The notes below the pieces were generated by a model that saw only the letters and a program-made list of their open reading frames with translations, was not told the origin of the DNA and made no database searches. A stretch of 64,000 nucleotides of DNA from Podarcis vaucheri (Eukaryota): the NCBI GenBank assembly GCA_965113315.1, contig OZ220377.1; one strand, written 5' to 3'. Positions 1 to 12,900 of this stretch are shown here, in pieces. Within the stretch, counting starts at the first letter, position 1, and each line of letters opens with the position of its first letter. The position numbers and the translations under genes were made by a program.

Positions 1-289
1 ATCCGCCCCAGCACTGGGCACAACTCTCCAGACAGGTGTCTCTTACAGTTTTGTTACCTGAGACCTTTCATTGGAGAAGTCCGAGCCTTAACCCACAACC
101 TTTTACAAACAAAGTGTGGACTTGCCAACTGCCAGAGACTGACATGTTGTAAACTGGTCAGATTTGCAAGCAGGGCTGGGCTCAAATGAACCACAAGGCA
201 AAGGCAAAGACTGCTGGTGGCGGGGAACTGCAAAAGGCAATTTTTGCAAGGGAGTTCACCCTTCCACTTTGCCCCTAAGTATAGTGTAT

Positions 290-732
290 AGTAAAAGCTA
301 TGGTTTTCCCAGTAGTGATGTATGGAAGTGAGAGCTGGACCATAAAGAAGGCTGATCGCTGAAGAATTGATGCTTTTGAATTGTGGTGCTGGAGGAGACT
401 CTTGAGAGTCCCATGGACTGCAAGAAGATCAAACCTCTCCATTCTGAAGGAAATCAGCCCTGAGTGCTCCCTGGAAGGACAGATCCTGAAGCTGAGGCTC
501 CAAGACTTTGGCCCCCTCATGAGAAGAGAAGACTCTCTGGAGAAGACCCTGATGTTGGGAAAGATGGAGGGCACAAGGAGAAGGGGACGATGGAGGAAGA
601 GATCGTGGGACAGTGTTCTGGAAGCTACCAGCATGAGTCTGACCAAACTGCGGGAAGCAGTGGAAGACAGGAGTGCCTGGCGTGCTCTGGTCCAGGGGGT
701 CACAAAGAGGCGGACACGACTAAACAACAACA
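290..732 (+). mobile_element. Bov-B (RTE clade) LINE, 5'-truncated 3' fragment
   Basis: Translates to the Bov-B RT C-terminus (WCWRRLLRVPWTARRSNLSILKEISPECSLEG...LEKTLMLGKMEG). (CAA)n tail. 9-bp TSD ATAGTGTAT at 281-289 and 733-741. Confidence 0.93.
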
Positions 733-959
733 ATAGTGTATGTGCTGTGCAACCGCAGCATATGGCTAAATTGGGGGTTCTGCATGGCAGAGGAGTCCTC
801 TATTTTCTAGGGTTTGCTCTCCTTGCAGTGGGCACCTGGGAAGGGCTGCAGCGAACTGCAATTCTCTCCTTTTTTTTCATGTGAGCAGAGCAGATCCCAA
901 GCTCTCTTCCTCCTCCAAGAGTTGACAAATGTTAGAACTTGTATTTAAAAGTCACCGCC

Positions 960-2400
960 AGCATTAAAGGCCTGGCCTTTCCGCCGCTTGCCGTGCCCCG
1001 GAGAGGCTCTCAGCGAAGAAGGACGAGGCTCCTCTGGAAAGAGCTGGCCGGCACGGACGGCGAGGAGGCCTTCGCCCGGCCTCGCTCAGCGCGGCCCACT
1101 CGGACGGGAAGCAGTGGCGGCTCTGAGGGCGGGTGTCAGGCCAGAGCGCCGCCGAGAGGCCCTCCAGCTCCACCACGGAGGGTCCCCCAGGGCCCCTCGA
1201 GCGCGACCCAGGCGGGGAAACGCCTCAGCTAGCGGGGCGGCGGAGGAAGTTCCCTCAGGGAAACCGAGACGCCGCGTCCTGAGGTGGCTTCTCGCGCGCG
1301 CGCGCCTTTCCCGCCCAAAGGGGCCCGCGGGGGCGGGGGAGGAGAGAGGGTCGCGCAGGCGCGGAGGGGCGTGGCCAGGCCGCTCTCCTGCCCTCCCGCC
1401 CCCCCCCCGGAGGGCCCGAGTCAGGCCGGCCCGCCAGCCCCGCCGCCGCGCAGGCGCACTCCGCCCTTGCCACGGCTCCGCCCGGCCCGTGACGGGAGCC
1501 CCAATTGCCGCCGCCGCCGCCGCCGATCCGACCGAGCGGCTGGAGCGAGTGTCGCCGACGGGGCAGGAGGAGGGCGCGGCGGAGCGGAGCGGGAGGGCCA
1601 GGCGGCGGCAGCAGCTCACTCAGCAAGGTAGGGCAGGAGGGAGCGGCGAGGCGGAGGACGGACCTCTGAGCATGGGCAGAGCGCTGGACTGGGTCTCCCC
1701 TGGGGGCGAAGGCAGCCCGGCGGAGCTGCGGGACCTTCGCGCGCGGCGGCGGCGGCGACCCCCGAGGGGCTGAGGGGGCGGGGCTCCTCTCCCCCCTCCG
1801 CAGCCCCGCCTCTCCGACCCTGAGGAGCTAGCTCTCCGCGTGCAGAGGAGGAGTCGCGTGTCCACGTGTCCCGTGTGAATGCGGCCCCTCCCCGGTGGGC
1901 TCCCCGCGGCGAGGCTGGGCCGGTGTCCCGGGGGGCGACGGGTCTCGCTTTCTCCCGAGGAGGCCCCTCCGCTCTGGCTCTGCCGCCAACAACTTCGCTT
2001 CGGCGCCGGAGTTGGCTGCGCCGGAGCAGGAGGGAGGCGGCTGCCCCGGGGCGGGGCGGGTCTGCCAGGGCGCCGCCGTCGCCGCCGCCGCCCGAAAGCG
2101 GAAGGGCATCTGGGCTGCCCGCGGCGAAGCGTGGCTCTTGCTCCTTAGCCTAATCCGTCTGCTGCCAGCCAGCCGCTGCCTCGCTCGCCTTCCCTTGGGG
2201 AGAAGACGAGGCAGCGGAGGCTGCTCTCCCGGAGGGAAGGCGGGGAAACTGAGGCACAGGGGGATGGCGGCCCTGGAGAAGCAGGCCATGGCACGGCATG
2301 CCCACTTGCTGCCACCCGTTCCACCCCCCACCCCCGTCCTGTATGCCAGGCAGCAGCTACACGTGAATACGCCCCACTCTGAGCTCAGGTGTGAAGCCCA
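960..2400. promoter_or_regulatory. CpG island / MYO1C upstream promoter
   Basis: Very GC- and CpG-rich stretch with GGGGCGGGG boxes, upstream of the MYO1C coding exons. Confidence 0.8.
1510..1627 (+). other. MYO1C: Putative non-coding first exon of MYO1C (start approximate)
   Basis: Donor CAAG|GTAGGG at 1627/1628 inside the CpG island; no ATG in the segment. Confidence 0.5.
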
Positions 2401-3071
2401 CCTCCCTTGTGGGTGCAGCAGGGGCCTCTGGCTGTGTTAAAAGACAAGGCAAGGCAACTGGCAGATTCAGCCTCCACTGGACTTTCTCCTGGGTAGCCAC
2501 TCAGGCTGCCTTCTGGATCAGGCCCATGGCCCATTCAGTCCAGCACCTTCTCCCAACCAGATGCCTGTGGGAAACGGGCAAGCAGCTCTCTGCTCCCATA
2601 GGTAGCATATTATACTCCCATGTTGAACTTTCCACTGGGCAAGTCGCTTTAATAATATTTCTTTTTTTTTTATTAAAAAAAAGCCTCATTATAAGTGATT
2701 CCAAAGTAACATGCTTTTCAAAAGCCAAGCCATGGATCTCCTACTTTTGAAAACTTTGCTATCTCTGTGGTAGTTTTTGTTGTGTGAATGGAGCCAAGGA
2801 CCCTCTGGGTGGGTTACATGGATCCACTGGGGTCCACGAACCACCAATTGGGAACCACTCATATATAGTATAAATCTGTATAAGCAGTATATAACAGTGT
2901 ATGGGAACATCAGATCCCAGATGCAGGCCAGGAGGATTCCTATACTGTGTTATGTTTTTGTGCTTCTTTGATTATCTTGGGACTCAACTCCAGGCGAGGT
3001 CCCATAATGGGCAGGTATATCCTGCTGGCCAGGCTTGCAGTTCTGTTGTTGAGGGAGTGGAGATTCATCTG

Positions 3072-3074
<3 letters not shown>

Positions 3075-3108
<34 letters not shown>
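3075..3108. repeat. (GT)n microsatellite
   Basis: Perfect GT run. Confidence 0.95.
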
Positions 3109-3109
<1 letters not shown>

Positions 3110-6100
3110 TTTGTCTTTCCAAGTGCCTGGTGAGAGTTGGGGTCGCTGTTCAGTGCAGTGGGAGTGAGGGTGAGGGTCGGCCAGAAGGGATGAAACCTCC
3201 GGTGACCTTGGGAAGGAAAATGAGTTGGACTCTGCCACCTTTGTATGGGTGTCTTGCAACTTGTGTCTCTGTCAAGGTTGTTAGCAGGCGGAGCCCTTGG
3301 AGTGAATTTGGCATTAATTAACAGTGACCTGAGGTCAGCAAATCCACAGCTGCAAGGGCAGGCCGGATGCTTACTTAGTGGACGTCCTGGGAGAGGGGAA
3401 GGTATTCTTCTCTGCTCAGGGTTTAGCCGTGTACATTTTCATATTCCGTTTTGCATTCCAGGGCTTGGTGATTGCAGGGAAACCCCGTGGCCTTAGGAGG
3501 AGTCACACAGACACACTCTCCCCCCTTCCCCAGGGTTTTGACCTGGCTTACAGAAGTAGCTGCTGGGTCAGGGAAGCTGGACTCTGGGCGGAAAGTCAAG
3601 AACTGCCCCAAAGGGGATTTTTTTGTTCTCAGGGTGGGCTACCTAATCTTTCTGGGCTGGGCTGTGATTTCCTGTTGCTTATGAGTGTTATGGAAGCTCT
3701 TAGTCACAATCAGCATTGCCAAGAGTGGCTTGATGCAAAGAGGAAAGGAAGCATAGCAGGTGACCTCTCCAGAGGCTGCTTGAAGGTCTCCTGGCTCCCA
3801 GTTGCAGCGCAGTGGAATGGAGGGTTGGGGGGTCTCAGCCAAGGAGGTGTGATAAGGGCATGGCAGTCTGTGTCTGCATGAGAAGCTCTTAGGCATGGGT
3901 TCTCTCCACCTCCCCCCTACCCATTTGTGCCTTGGATAAATGGATGAGATCTGCAGAGTCCCCCCCTCCCCTTAGAAATTGGGTGGCATGGAGGAGAGCA
4001 GTATTGGTTCAGATTGCAGCTTTTGAATTCACTGCACTTAAAAAAAACCCTTATCTTACATTTGTGAGTTGGGCTGGGAAAAAACCCCATATGTCAGGTT
4101 GCCAGAACATTTGCAGATTGGATGCTGGTGCCAGCTTGCAGGTCTGAAGCTTCTGCCAGCCTGATACAGAGCTGGTACCTAAACTACCATGGCTGGCTTC
4201 TCGGGATGTGATGGAGGGGAAAAGAGCGATGGAACTCTTTTCTCAGCCCTGGCCGAAAGTGCTGGGAGAAGCAGATTCTGCTTTCTGTGGTGCCTCTGAG
4301 GGAGGGACACCTGGGTGCAGCGCTGCTGCTGCTGAGAGAGGAAGGCCTTGCCCACTTCCGTGGTGCTCATGGATGATCCCAGGAGGACTTTGGAGCTGTG
4401 ACTCTTTTCTAGTGAGACACAGCGGGAGGGACTGTCTCAGCTGCAGCCTCTTCGGCTGTGGTTCCAGCAGGAAGCCTTTGCTGCTCCAGGAGAGCGGAGT
4501 CCTGGCTGGATGTTCTGGGTGGGCTTCCTTCGCCACCAGTGGCTGATGCTGCTGGTGTGGTGCAGTCAGTCCTGAGCCGTTCTTTGTGCAGGGAAAATGC
4601 ATTTTGTTGGCCAGACTTGGTGTCCCCGAAATCGTGCCTGCCCTGCACATTCTGAGCCTTTGTTTCCCCGGCCAGCTTGGTTTAATAACATAAGAGGAAG
4701 CTTACAGTGCCTCTAACTCGCTTAGTTGCAGCCTGGCTAATTTCCTGGCTTCTGTCGTTTAAACAGGCAGCGCTGGCTGCCGATGGGGCCAGTTGAGCAG
4801 CTTCTGGGTGGAAGCCCTTATCCTGTTGACAGGTAAAGGGCTTCCATGGGGCCTCCCCGCATCCTGGAGCCAGCCCCGCCCCTCGCCTCCCCAGAGGGCC
4901 TGGCAGGAGTCCTGCCTGGTGGCTTTTCCAAGGGAGTGGATTATTGGTTTTAGATTGAACTGTCTTTTATATCCCGGGCCGTGTGCTTTGCTCCCACACC
5001 ACCTGCTGCATCTCAGGTCCTTCTCGGCTTCTTGGTGGCATCTGGCTGGGCCTGGGCAGAGCTTTCACTCCTGAAAAGCACAGGGCTTCCTTTCTCCCCC
5101 CTCCTGCCCCCTCTCCCCGCCCAGAGCCTCCTGTCCCCCTGCCATTTTGAAGGAGGGGGGGATGACCACTTTGGGAGCCCTTTGGGTCAATTCTCTTTCC
5201 TTTCTTCACTTGCCTGAGTCTCACCCAATGAAGAACCACGGAGAGATCCCTGAGACAATGCAGAACGAAGTGTTCGCACTTCATACAAGAGGGAGGGTGC
5301 CGTTCTAATCCTGGAAAGAGGCTGGTGCATATTCAGATGCAGTTCTGCAGGTCTCTCTGCCCTCCCAGCCTCCCTTCCTCCCCAGGTTAAACAGATGGAG
5401 CCTAACATTTATTTGCCTCCTTGTCTAGTGCTTGTCACAACAGAGCCAACATCTCCCACAAGGAGGGGCAGCCCGCTGGCTGGCTGTACACAAAGCTTGG
5501 TGAGCGCTCCCTTCCTTGAACTCAGGCGCTTTTTCATTCATCCTGCTCTTCCTTCAGCAGGCAGAGGCTTATCCTATTCTCACAACAATCCTGTGGAGTA
5601 GATTAGACTGAGGAGGTGCCTGGTTCATGTTCGCCCCAGGATGGCGGCATGGGGATTCAAATGCAGAGTGCTTCAGCCTTCGGGTCCATCTCTCTCTATG
5701 CAGGATGTGCAAGGCAGAGTCCTCTCTCCTACTTTTCTTTCCCACTGATTCCGCCCCCCTCCCCGCAACTGAGCAGGTGGGAAGTAAAATGGGAAATGCA
5801 ATTCCTTGTAAGCAAGTGGAAGGGGATGCATGTTGGGGCAAAAAAATAATAATCTAAATTTCACATCTACACTTACGGCGTCTGAACTGACAGCGGCTGA
5901 CCAGCAATGAAACCTTGGGACATAGCAAATAGCTCTATGAAGATGTTGACCCCAGTGTGCAGCAGCAGCAGCAGCCGTGAACAAGGCAAATGCCATGCCT
6001 GGGCCATTAGGAAAGAGATTGAAAATGAAACTCCCGCTTTCACAGTACCATTATACAAAACAGTTGGAATATGGTGTACAGTTGCCCTGCCTTAAAAAGG

Positions 6101-6639
6101 GTATTTTCAGGCTGGAAAGGGTTCAGAAGAAGGCAGCCAAACACATTTGGTGGAGAGTGGTGGAGTTTATTATGGATAACTTTTATTATGCACACAGTCC
6201 TGGAAATGAGGGACCCCCTCCCAAAGGTTTCTGCCAACTTGTGGATAGTGCAACAAATGATCACCTGTGTTTTGTTTTTTTGCCTTCTGTCACAAAGCAA
6301 TATGCTCCTGCAGTAAGGGAAATGCTAGTCTCACATTGGGGTCTCCAAAACTGAAGGCCAGGGGGATGTTTTGTTGTGAAATGCCGTGGGCTCAAACTGT
6401 GCTGTGCGGGACTGCAGGCAATAACAGTGAACAATGATTTTAAAAGGAGAGGGGGGAACCAAAATGAACAGGGTGTGTGTGGAGAGACTCCTCTAACAGG
6501 GCAGGTTACAACTTTGGGGGGCCTTTTTGGTTTAGATAAGTGAGTGAGGCAGGACATGATGGGATGTTTTGCATTTTGGCAGAAGAGGTTTTTCTCCCCC
6601 CCCCCCCGTGGTACAAGGACTTGTGGACATCCAGTGAAT

Positions 6640-6960
6640 TGGAGAAGACAAAAGAAAGTCCTTCACAAGCCACATGGCACATGGTTAACCTGTGGAACTC
6701 GCTCCTGCAGGAGGCAGGGGTAGCCACCAATGTGGGCGGCTTTAAAAGAGGCTTGGACAGATGCATGGAGGAGGAGGAGGCTATCAATGTCTACTGGCCA
6801 GGAGGGCTGTGTTCTTCCTCCACGGTCAGAGGCAGTGATGCTTCTGAATACCAGTTGCTAGAAATTGCGGGAGGGGAGAGGGTTTTGTGCTTGGATCCTG
6901 CTTGCGGGCTTCCCACAATGGGCATCTGGTTGGCCCAGCAGACTCTTCTTCTGTTCTTAT
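6640..6960 (+). mobile_element. CR1 LINE 3' fragment (a further piece at ~6060-6140)
   Basis: Translates to VNLWNSLLQEAGVATNVGGFKRGLDRCME, typical of the CR1 ORF2 end, followed by 3'UTR-like sequence. Confidence 0.75.
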
Positions 6961-8402
6961 CCTTTGGTGCCTTTGAGAAGCAAAACAAGACATTGTTTAT
7001 TCCAGGCGATAACCATGAACTTGCTGCAAACTGAAGGTGCCTGAATGCGCCCTCGCCATCATTATGCCCAGGAAGGTTGCTGGGATCCCTGTGTGCGCTC
7101 TGTCAAGAGCAAACCCTCCAGCTGGCTTGAGTGGCTCCTTAGGAAGTCGCCTGTCCCTGGCTGGCCTTGCCCCCCTCTCCCCCCAGCTTGTGGGATGAGA
7201 ATGCAGCATGTCAGAGAGAGAAGGACCATCTGCCCTCTGGGGTGGGGCTTGGACCCACATCTGTGGGTTGTTTGCTGGGAGTGGCAGCTGAAGGGGGCAT
7301 GGGAAATTCCTGGGTGGGGTGGGGGTGGGGCTGAAGTCCTCTGGAACAAGAGCACTTGAGACCCTTTTATATTTGGCAAGGGAGATTCTTCTGCTGAGAG
7401 AGAAAGAAGATTCTTGAGGGGAAAGGCTGCTAAGAATAGAAATCATTTACATACAGGACATAAAACATTCCAAATCCCAGCCTTTTCCCGGCCTGCAACT
7501 CAGCGCAGCCCTGGGAATTGGGTCCTACTTACTGCCTTGGAGTTTGAATTGTAGGGATTCAGGGCTTGGGACCTGTGAGGCTGGTGGGTTCCTGTGCTCC
7601 TCCCTGGACAAAGGGGGTTTCCAGCTTCCCCCACCCAGGCCCTTCTCCCTGCATGTGGGGATGGCAGGAAGAACCAGCAGCTGTGTCTTGTTCCAGGCAC
7701 TCAGGGCTCTGGGAGCAGGAGAGCCTCCCTCCTGACATTTTGTCCCTGGGTGCTTCCTGCTCTCCTCTCCTTGCCAGCATTGTTGTGGAGGGCCCTGCGC
7801 GCTTTCTTTCTTTCTTTCTTCCCTCCCTTGCTCCTCTCCCCCACTTGGGTCCCGTGCAAGAGAGGAATTTCAGCAATATTCTCCACACGCTGGCATTGCC
7901 ACTCCTCCCCACTGTGGAAAGTAGGACTGAAGTCAGCTCTCTCCCTCTTTCCCACCCTCGCCAGATCTCGACACAAACTGCATTCCATTCATTCCATGGG
8001 CTTGACTTGTGCGGAGGGGGGGCTTGCCATGACAGGCTGGAAGCAGAGCTGCCATCTCAGTCTGCAGCCCAGGCAGGGCTCCCCCCCCCCCACCGCCTTG
8101 CCCCATAATACTTCCTGGAGAAGGCGCTGCAGGATTGCCCCACTCCCCAGCGCCTCTGCAAGGACAGCGGCAAAGGTGCAGGGGGCTGTTGCAATTGTGG
8201 GTCCAGCCTCCGGGATCAGAAGTGTCCGTAGCTCCCTGAGCCTTTCATGTGTGTATATATCATGGGTGCAAAGCAGATCTGTAGTGTCGGGGTGCAGGAT
8301 TAGAAACTCAGGTAGATAAGCTTATCAAAACACTCTACTCTATTGTTAAACTCCTTAACATATTGTCTATTCTTAACGTATGCTTCAAGGCTTCAAAGCA
8401 AC

Positions 8403-8656
8403 TACCGTATTTTTTGCTTTAATAAGACTCACTTTTTCCCTCCTAAAAAGTAAGGGGAAATGTGTGTGCGTCTTATGGAGCGAATGCAGGCTGCACAGCT
8501 ATCCCAGAAGCCAGAACAGCAAGAGGGATTGCTGATTTCACTGCGTAGCGATTCCTCTTGCTGTTCTGGCTTCTGAGATTCAGAATATTTTTTTTCTTGT
8601 TTTCCTCCTCCAAAAACTTGTGGTCTGGTGGTGCTTATAGAGCGAAAACCATGGTA
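8403..8656. mobile_element. Tc1/mariner-pogo type MITE
   Basis: TA flanks; imperfect TIRs CCGTATTTTTTGCTTTAATAAG / CTTATAGAGCGAAAACCATGG; long internal inverted repeat CAGAAGCCAGAACAGCAAGAGG...CCTCTTGCTGTTCTGGCTTCTG. Confidence 0.75.
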
Positions 8657-9567
8657 CATTTCAGGAATCCTGGAGTGTCATCCAGGCGCAAAAATGACAC
8701 CCAGACTTTTTGAGGTGCTCGCAAATGGAGAATCTTTTGGCGCAAAATGTGCCTGGCGCTCTGCTAATTTCAAACCCTGGTTACAGTCACCACAATGCAC
8801 TGTCCAGTTGCCTTTTCCCCCAATGAAGTTTATTATAGCAACAAGACATCGCCACAGATTGGCAGGCTGGCTGGCATGCAGCAACGTCTTTTGATGCGTG
8901 AGCATGCAGGAGCAGAAAACTGCTGCACACCAGCCAGATGGTGGCAATGTCAGCCCTGAAACCTGGCAACAGGGCATCTTCACTTGTTTGCAATTGGACC
9001 TGTGCCAGGCACGAAATGCGCCTGGGGAATTTTGAACACTGCCTGAGTGGTCCTCCGGATAACGCTGGACTCTGTTAGAAGCTCAGATATATACACCAGG
9101 CGCCAAATGGCTCTTTAAACCAGGGTTACAGTCGCCAAAACTAAACGCCTAGTTGCCATTTGGGCACCAGACGCCTTGAAAGTCATATTTTTCAATATGA
9201 CTTTTTGGTTCCTGAAATTCATTCTGATTGTGCAGGTAAAATATCACAGATAGAATCTTAACAGGTTGCGTTGCTAGTGTGTGAAAACAGTCCAGATCCA
9301 AGGATCCCCCGGCAGGCACCGTCAGATGGAGAAGACGTCAGGTGTCATCCTGGCACCCAGCCACCTTCTTCACTTCATTGCAAGGGGCCAGTAGCCAGGG
9401 GCAAAATGTGCCCAGCGCCTGACAAGTTTTGAATGCTGGTCGGACTACAGTTCCCATCATCTTTGGCCGTGATGTGAGTTGGAGTCCAGCAACATCTGAC
9501 AGTCTGCCGATTTCCCATCCCTGATTTAGCAGGGGACGTGTGATGGTTGACTGAGATCATTTTGGTT

Positions 9568-9974
9568 ACAGATAGGTAGCCGTGTTGGTCTGCCATAGTC
9601 AAAATAAAAAAATTCCTTCCAGTAGCACCTTAAAGACCAACTAAGTTAGTTCTTGGTATGAGCTTTCGTGTGCATGCACCCTTCTTCAGATACACTGAAA
9701 CAGAAGTTGCCAGATCCTTCTATATAGTGAGAAGGTGGGGAGGGGTATTACTCAGAAGGGTGGTGGGAATGGGAGATTGGCAGATAGCTGAGATGAGCCT
9801 GTTGACGACTCTTAACGACTGCAATAGGTCTTACAGGAAAAGGCAAGGGGTGAGAAGGTGAGAAATGGCTTAGTCATGTATAATGAGATAAGAATCCAAT
9901 GTCTCTGTTCAGACCAGGTCTCTCCATTGTTTTAAGTTTGGTAATGAGTTGCAATTCAGCAGCTTCTCTCAAAA
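9568..9974 (-). mobile_element. Penelope-like retroelement, 5'-truncated
   Basis: Minus strand encodes a GIY-YIG endonuclease C-terminus (REAAELQLITKLKTMERPGLNRDIGFLSHYT*), followed by a 3'UTR with a hammerhead motif. 16-bp TSD TGAGATCATTTTGGTT at 9552-9567 and 9975-9990. Confidence 0.85.
9656..9693 (-). ncRNA. Minimal hammerhead ribozyme within the Penelope element
   Basis: GUAU-CUGAAGA-A-GGGUGC/AU/GCACAC-GAAA-GC-UC-AUAC: core boxes, stem I GUAU/AUAC, stem II and palindromic AGCU in place of stem III. Confidence 0.75.
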
Positions 9975-12900
9975 TGAGATCATTTTGGTTTCTGCATTTT
10001 GTGTAATGTGAGATGGGGGGACACACAAGCAGAATCGGAAGGGGACCTGGTTTTATTTGGCCAGGCAGAGCTGGCAGCAAGGTAGCCGAACAGCTCAGCT
10101 TGGTTCTTCATCTGGGACTTAAAGTCAAGCAGACGCACAATCTGAAAGGAATGATGATGGATAGAGGCTGGCGTGGTGGAGCAGAACTGCAGCCACACCC
10201 CAGCTGCTGAGGGCAGGAAGCTGCCTCGGTCAGACCTTTGGTCCCTCTGGCTGGCTGCCTGGTGGCTCTCCAGGTTGCTGGCCGCCCTGCCTGGGACGCC
10301 CCTGGGCCCGGACCTTTTGCATGGCAAGCAGACACTTCCCACCGAGCCACGTTGAGTAAGAAAAGCCCCTGCAGGACTTGGTGGTGCTTGTTCCGAGGAG
10401 GTTTCAGCATTTCAGAGTTCACGAGATGGCAGGGCGAACCTCGCCTTGTCTGGGTAGGGCACTGCCTTGGCACTCTGGTCCCCAGAGACGTGTTTGTTCT
10501 GCTCCGGGTGCCTTGGCTGGGATCCTGCAATAAAGAATGAGTCACGAGTGTTTGGCCAGCAGCACCAATAAGGGGAGCCTTCCTAGGAAGAGGAATCTGG
10601 AGAGCTCTGGCGGCAGGCCTCGCTTCACGGGCAGGTGCTGAGCAGTCCCAGGTTGTGGAGAGAGAGACAGAGAGAGGGGAACTCCTCCAAACTTGAGGGC
10701 GTGCAAAGGTGCCGTCTCCTCAGAGAAGCAGCAACAAGAGCCAGGAGGGCCTGGGCGAGCCATCCATGTTTGCTTACCGGAGGAGGGGAGGATCTGGGCT
10801 GTTTCAAGGTGCGTTTTCCACACCCACCTGCTGGGAGAGGCTGGGGGCGTTCTCCTTGGCTCCCCTGACTGTTCCCCATGGGATGATCATTTCTGTAGCT
10901 TATTGTTTATTCACTTTATTACCTGCTCTTTAAAAGAGGATTAGACAAACAGCCTTAAAGGAGGATTAGAGGAATACAAGGGGGGAAAGGCTATGGATGG
11001 CTGTGCTCTTCCTCCACAGAGGGAGGCAGCAGGGCTTCACCTGAGTCCTATTGCAGGGGAGGGCTCTTGCTCTCAGGGCCTCTTTTTGGGCTTCCCATTG
11101 GGGCATCCAGCTGGATGGGTCGCCGCCCTGGTACTGCAGGCTCTTGCGTTCTTCTGAGGTCCCAGGGTGGGTTACAAGAATTCAAAACACAAGATTAAAA
11201 ACAGATTAAAACAAATTAAAATCGCAAGAATAGGCCGGGTTCTAAAAATACGCATCTCGAGTGTTCAAGGCCAGGGTGCAGAGGCGCATCTTCAGCACAC
11301 TGTGCAATGAAGGTGCCAGATATCTGCACCTCTGCGGAAAGGGAGCAAGGGAAGCTGCCCACCCAGCTCAGTATTACCTGCACTGACTGGTAGCCGTGGC
11401 GCCATCACTAGTGCTTCAGGCAGGACTCTCTCTCCCAGCCCTCCCTGGAGATGCCTCTGGGGGCAGAGCCTGGTGCCTTGTGCCTGCAGGACAGGTCCCC
11501 TCCCCCAGGGCCACGTCCCTCCCTAGGGGGGCTGGCGCAGAGAATGCCTTTTTCCAGCCCCCCCCAACATCCAAGGGCAGTGGAGTTACCAAGAAGGCCC
11601 CCCTCCTCTGATCTTACTCCTCCCCAAGAGGGTCAGGAGGTGGCCTCCCAGATATTTAAGGCCTAAGTCTTTCACCGCTTCAAACGCCATGCAAACCCCT
11701 TGAATGGGGCCTGGAAATGACCTGGCCATCAGGCAATTTGAAGGGTGGCTTTTTTGGGCCTCCTGGTCCCACCCAGCCCCCAGTAGAGCCCCTTCTCCCC
11801 ATGGCTGCTCCTGGGGAAGGAGGTCCTCAGGGGCCACAGGAAGGGGAGTAGGTGCAGCTGCTGCATTTCACCACCTCCCTGCCTCCTCCACAGGCTTTCC
11901 CGTTCCCTTAATTCCCAGGGGCCTTGTGTGGGAATCGGCAGCACATCAATAATTGGCCCTGGTCTGCCAGTGGCATCCCCCAGCTGCCTGCCTGCCTGCC
12001 TCTGCTCCTCCTGGAGCCCACAATGGCTCCTGGGAGCCCCTTGGAGCAGCAGGATCTGGACTTCGTTGTCGTTCCTTGCAACAAGCAGCCAGAGAAGCAG
12101 AGAAGCACGAGCCTTCCTGGGGCGCCCCTCCCTGGGCGTGAGGCTGGGGGTGGCACAACCATGCCGCCCCCTCTGCGTTGGGAGAGGCCTGTGTCTGGAG
12201 CTGAACAAACAAGCCATTAAGCGCCTCCTGGGGCTGGGCGTCAGGCATCAACAGGGCAGGTGGCGTGCTCAGCGCCTGGGCTCAGAGCTGGGACGTTGTG
12301 CCAACCTGCCAGGAGCCACGAGGGACGCCTGATCAGCGCTCTCTGTTCATTGTCAGGGCCCCCCCAGGACGGGTTTGGGCGAGGGCTTTTCCCCTTCCAA
12401 TTAATTAGTTCTCACAGACTGGCTCTGAGCAGCAGCAGCTGGGACTGCTCTTTTGTATAGGGTTGCAGGTACTGAGTCCCTGTCAGGGAAAAGGGGGGCC
12501 TGTTGTTGGGGGGCAACTGGTCCTCCTCCTCTGCCCCACTGGGGCCCCAGGAGGACTTCCCTGGCCCCAGTGCTCTGTGGGAGAGGCGTCCTCTTTCAGC
12601 ATTTGCTGGGAGTGGTGTGGGGGGGTGGAGAGGGAGGGCTGGTTCTGCCATTGGGGACCTTTGGCATGTGGAGCAGGTGTGGAAGAGGCCCAAGGGAAAG
12701 ATGTCAGGAAGCACCCTGGCTTTGCAGGGGGTCAGAGCAAGGTGCTTAGCCCTAGACAAAAGCCTTGCTGAGCGGGAGGAAAAGAGAGCTGCCGCCTCAG
12801 TGCCCTTGAATCTGTGCAAAGCAAAGAGGCTGCTGAAAAGTGGCCAGTTCCTCCCTCCTGGACAGATCCTGCCTCTCTCTGTGTTTGTGTTGCAGCAGCA

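Noticed and set aside
2264-2388. ATG…GT segments as the MYO1C isoform A exon (also ~4783 and ~10416)
   Set aside because: Donors are out of phase with the phase-0 acceptor at 19387 and the peptides do not resemble isoform A.
939-2440. Long overlapping Arg/Pro/Gly/Ala-rich ORFs
   Set aside because: Stop-codon scarcity in a CpG island; no domain resemblance.
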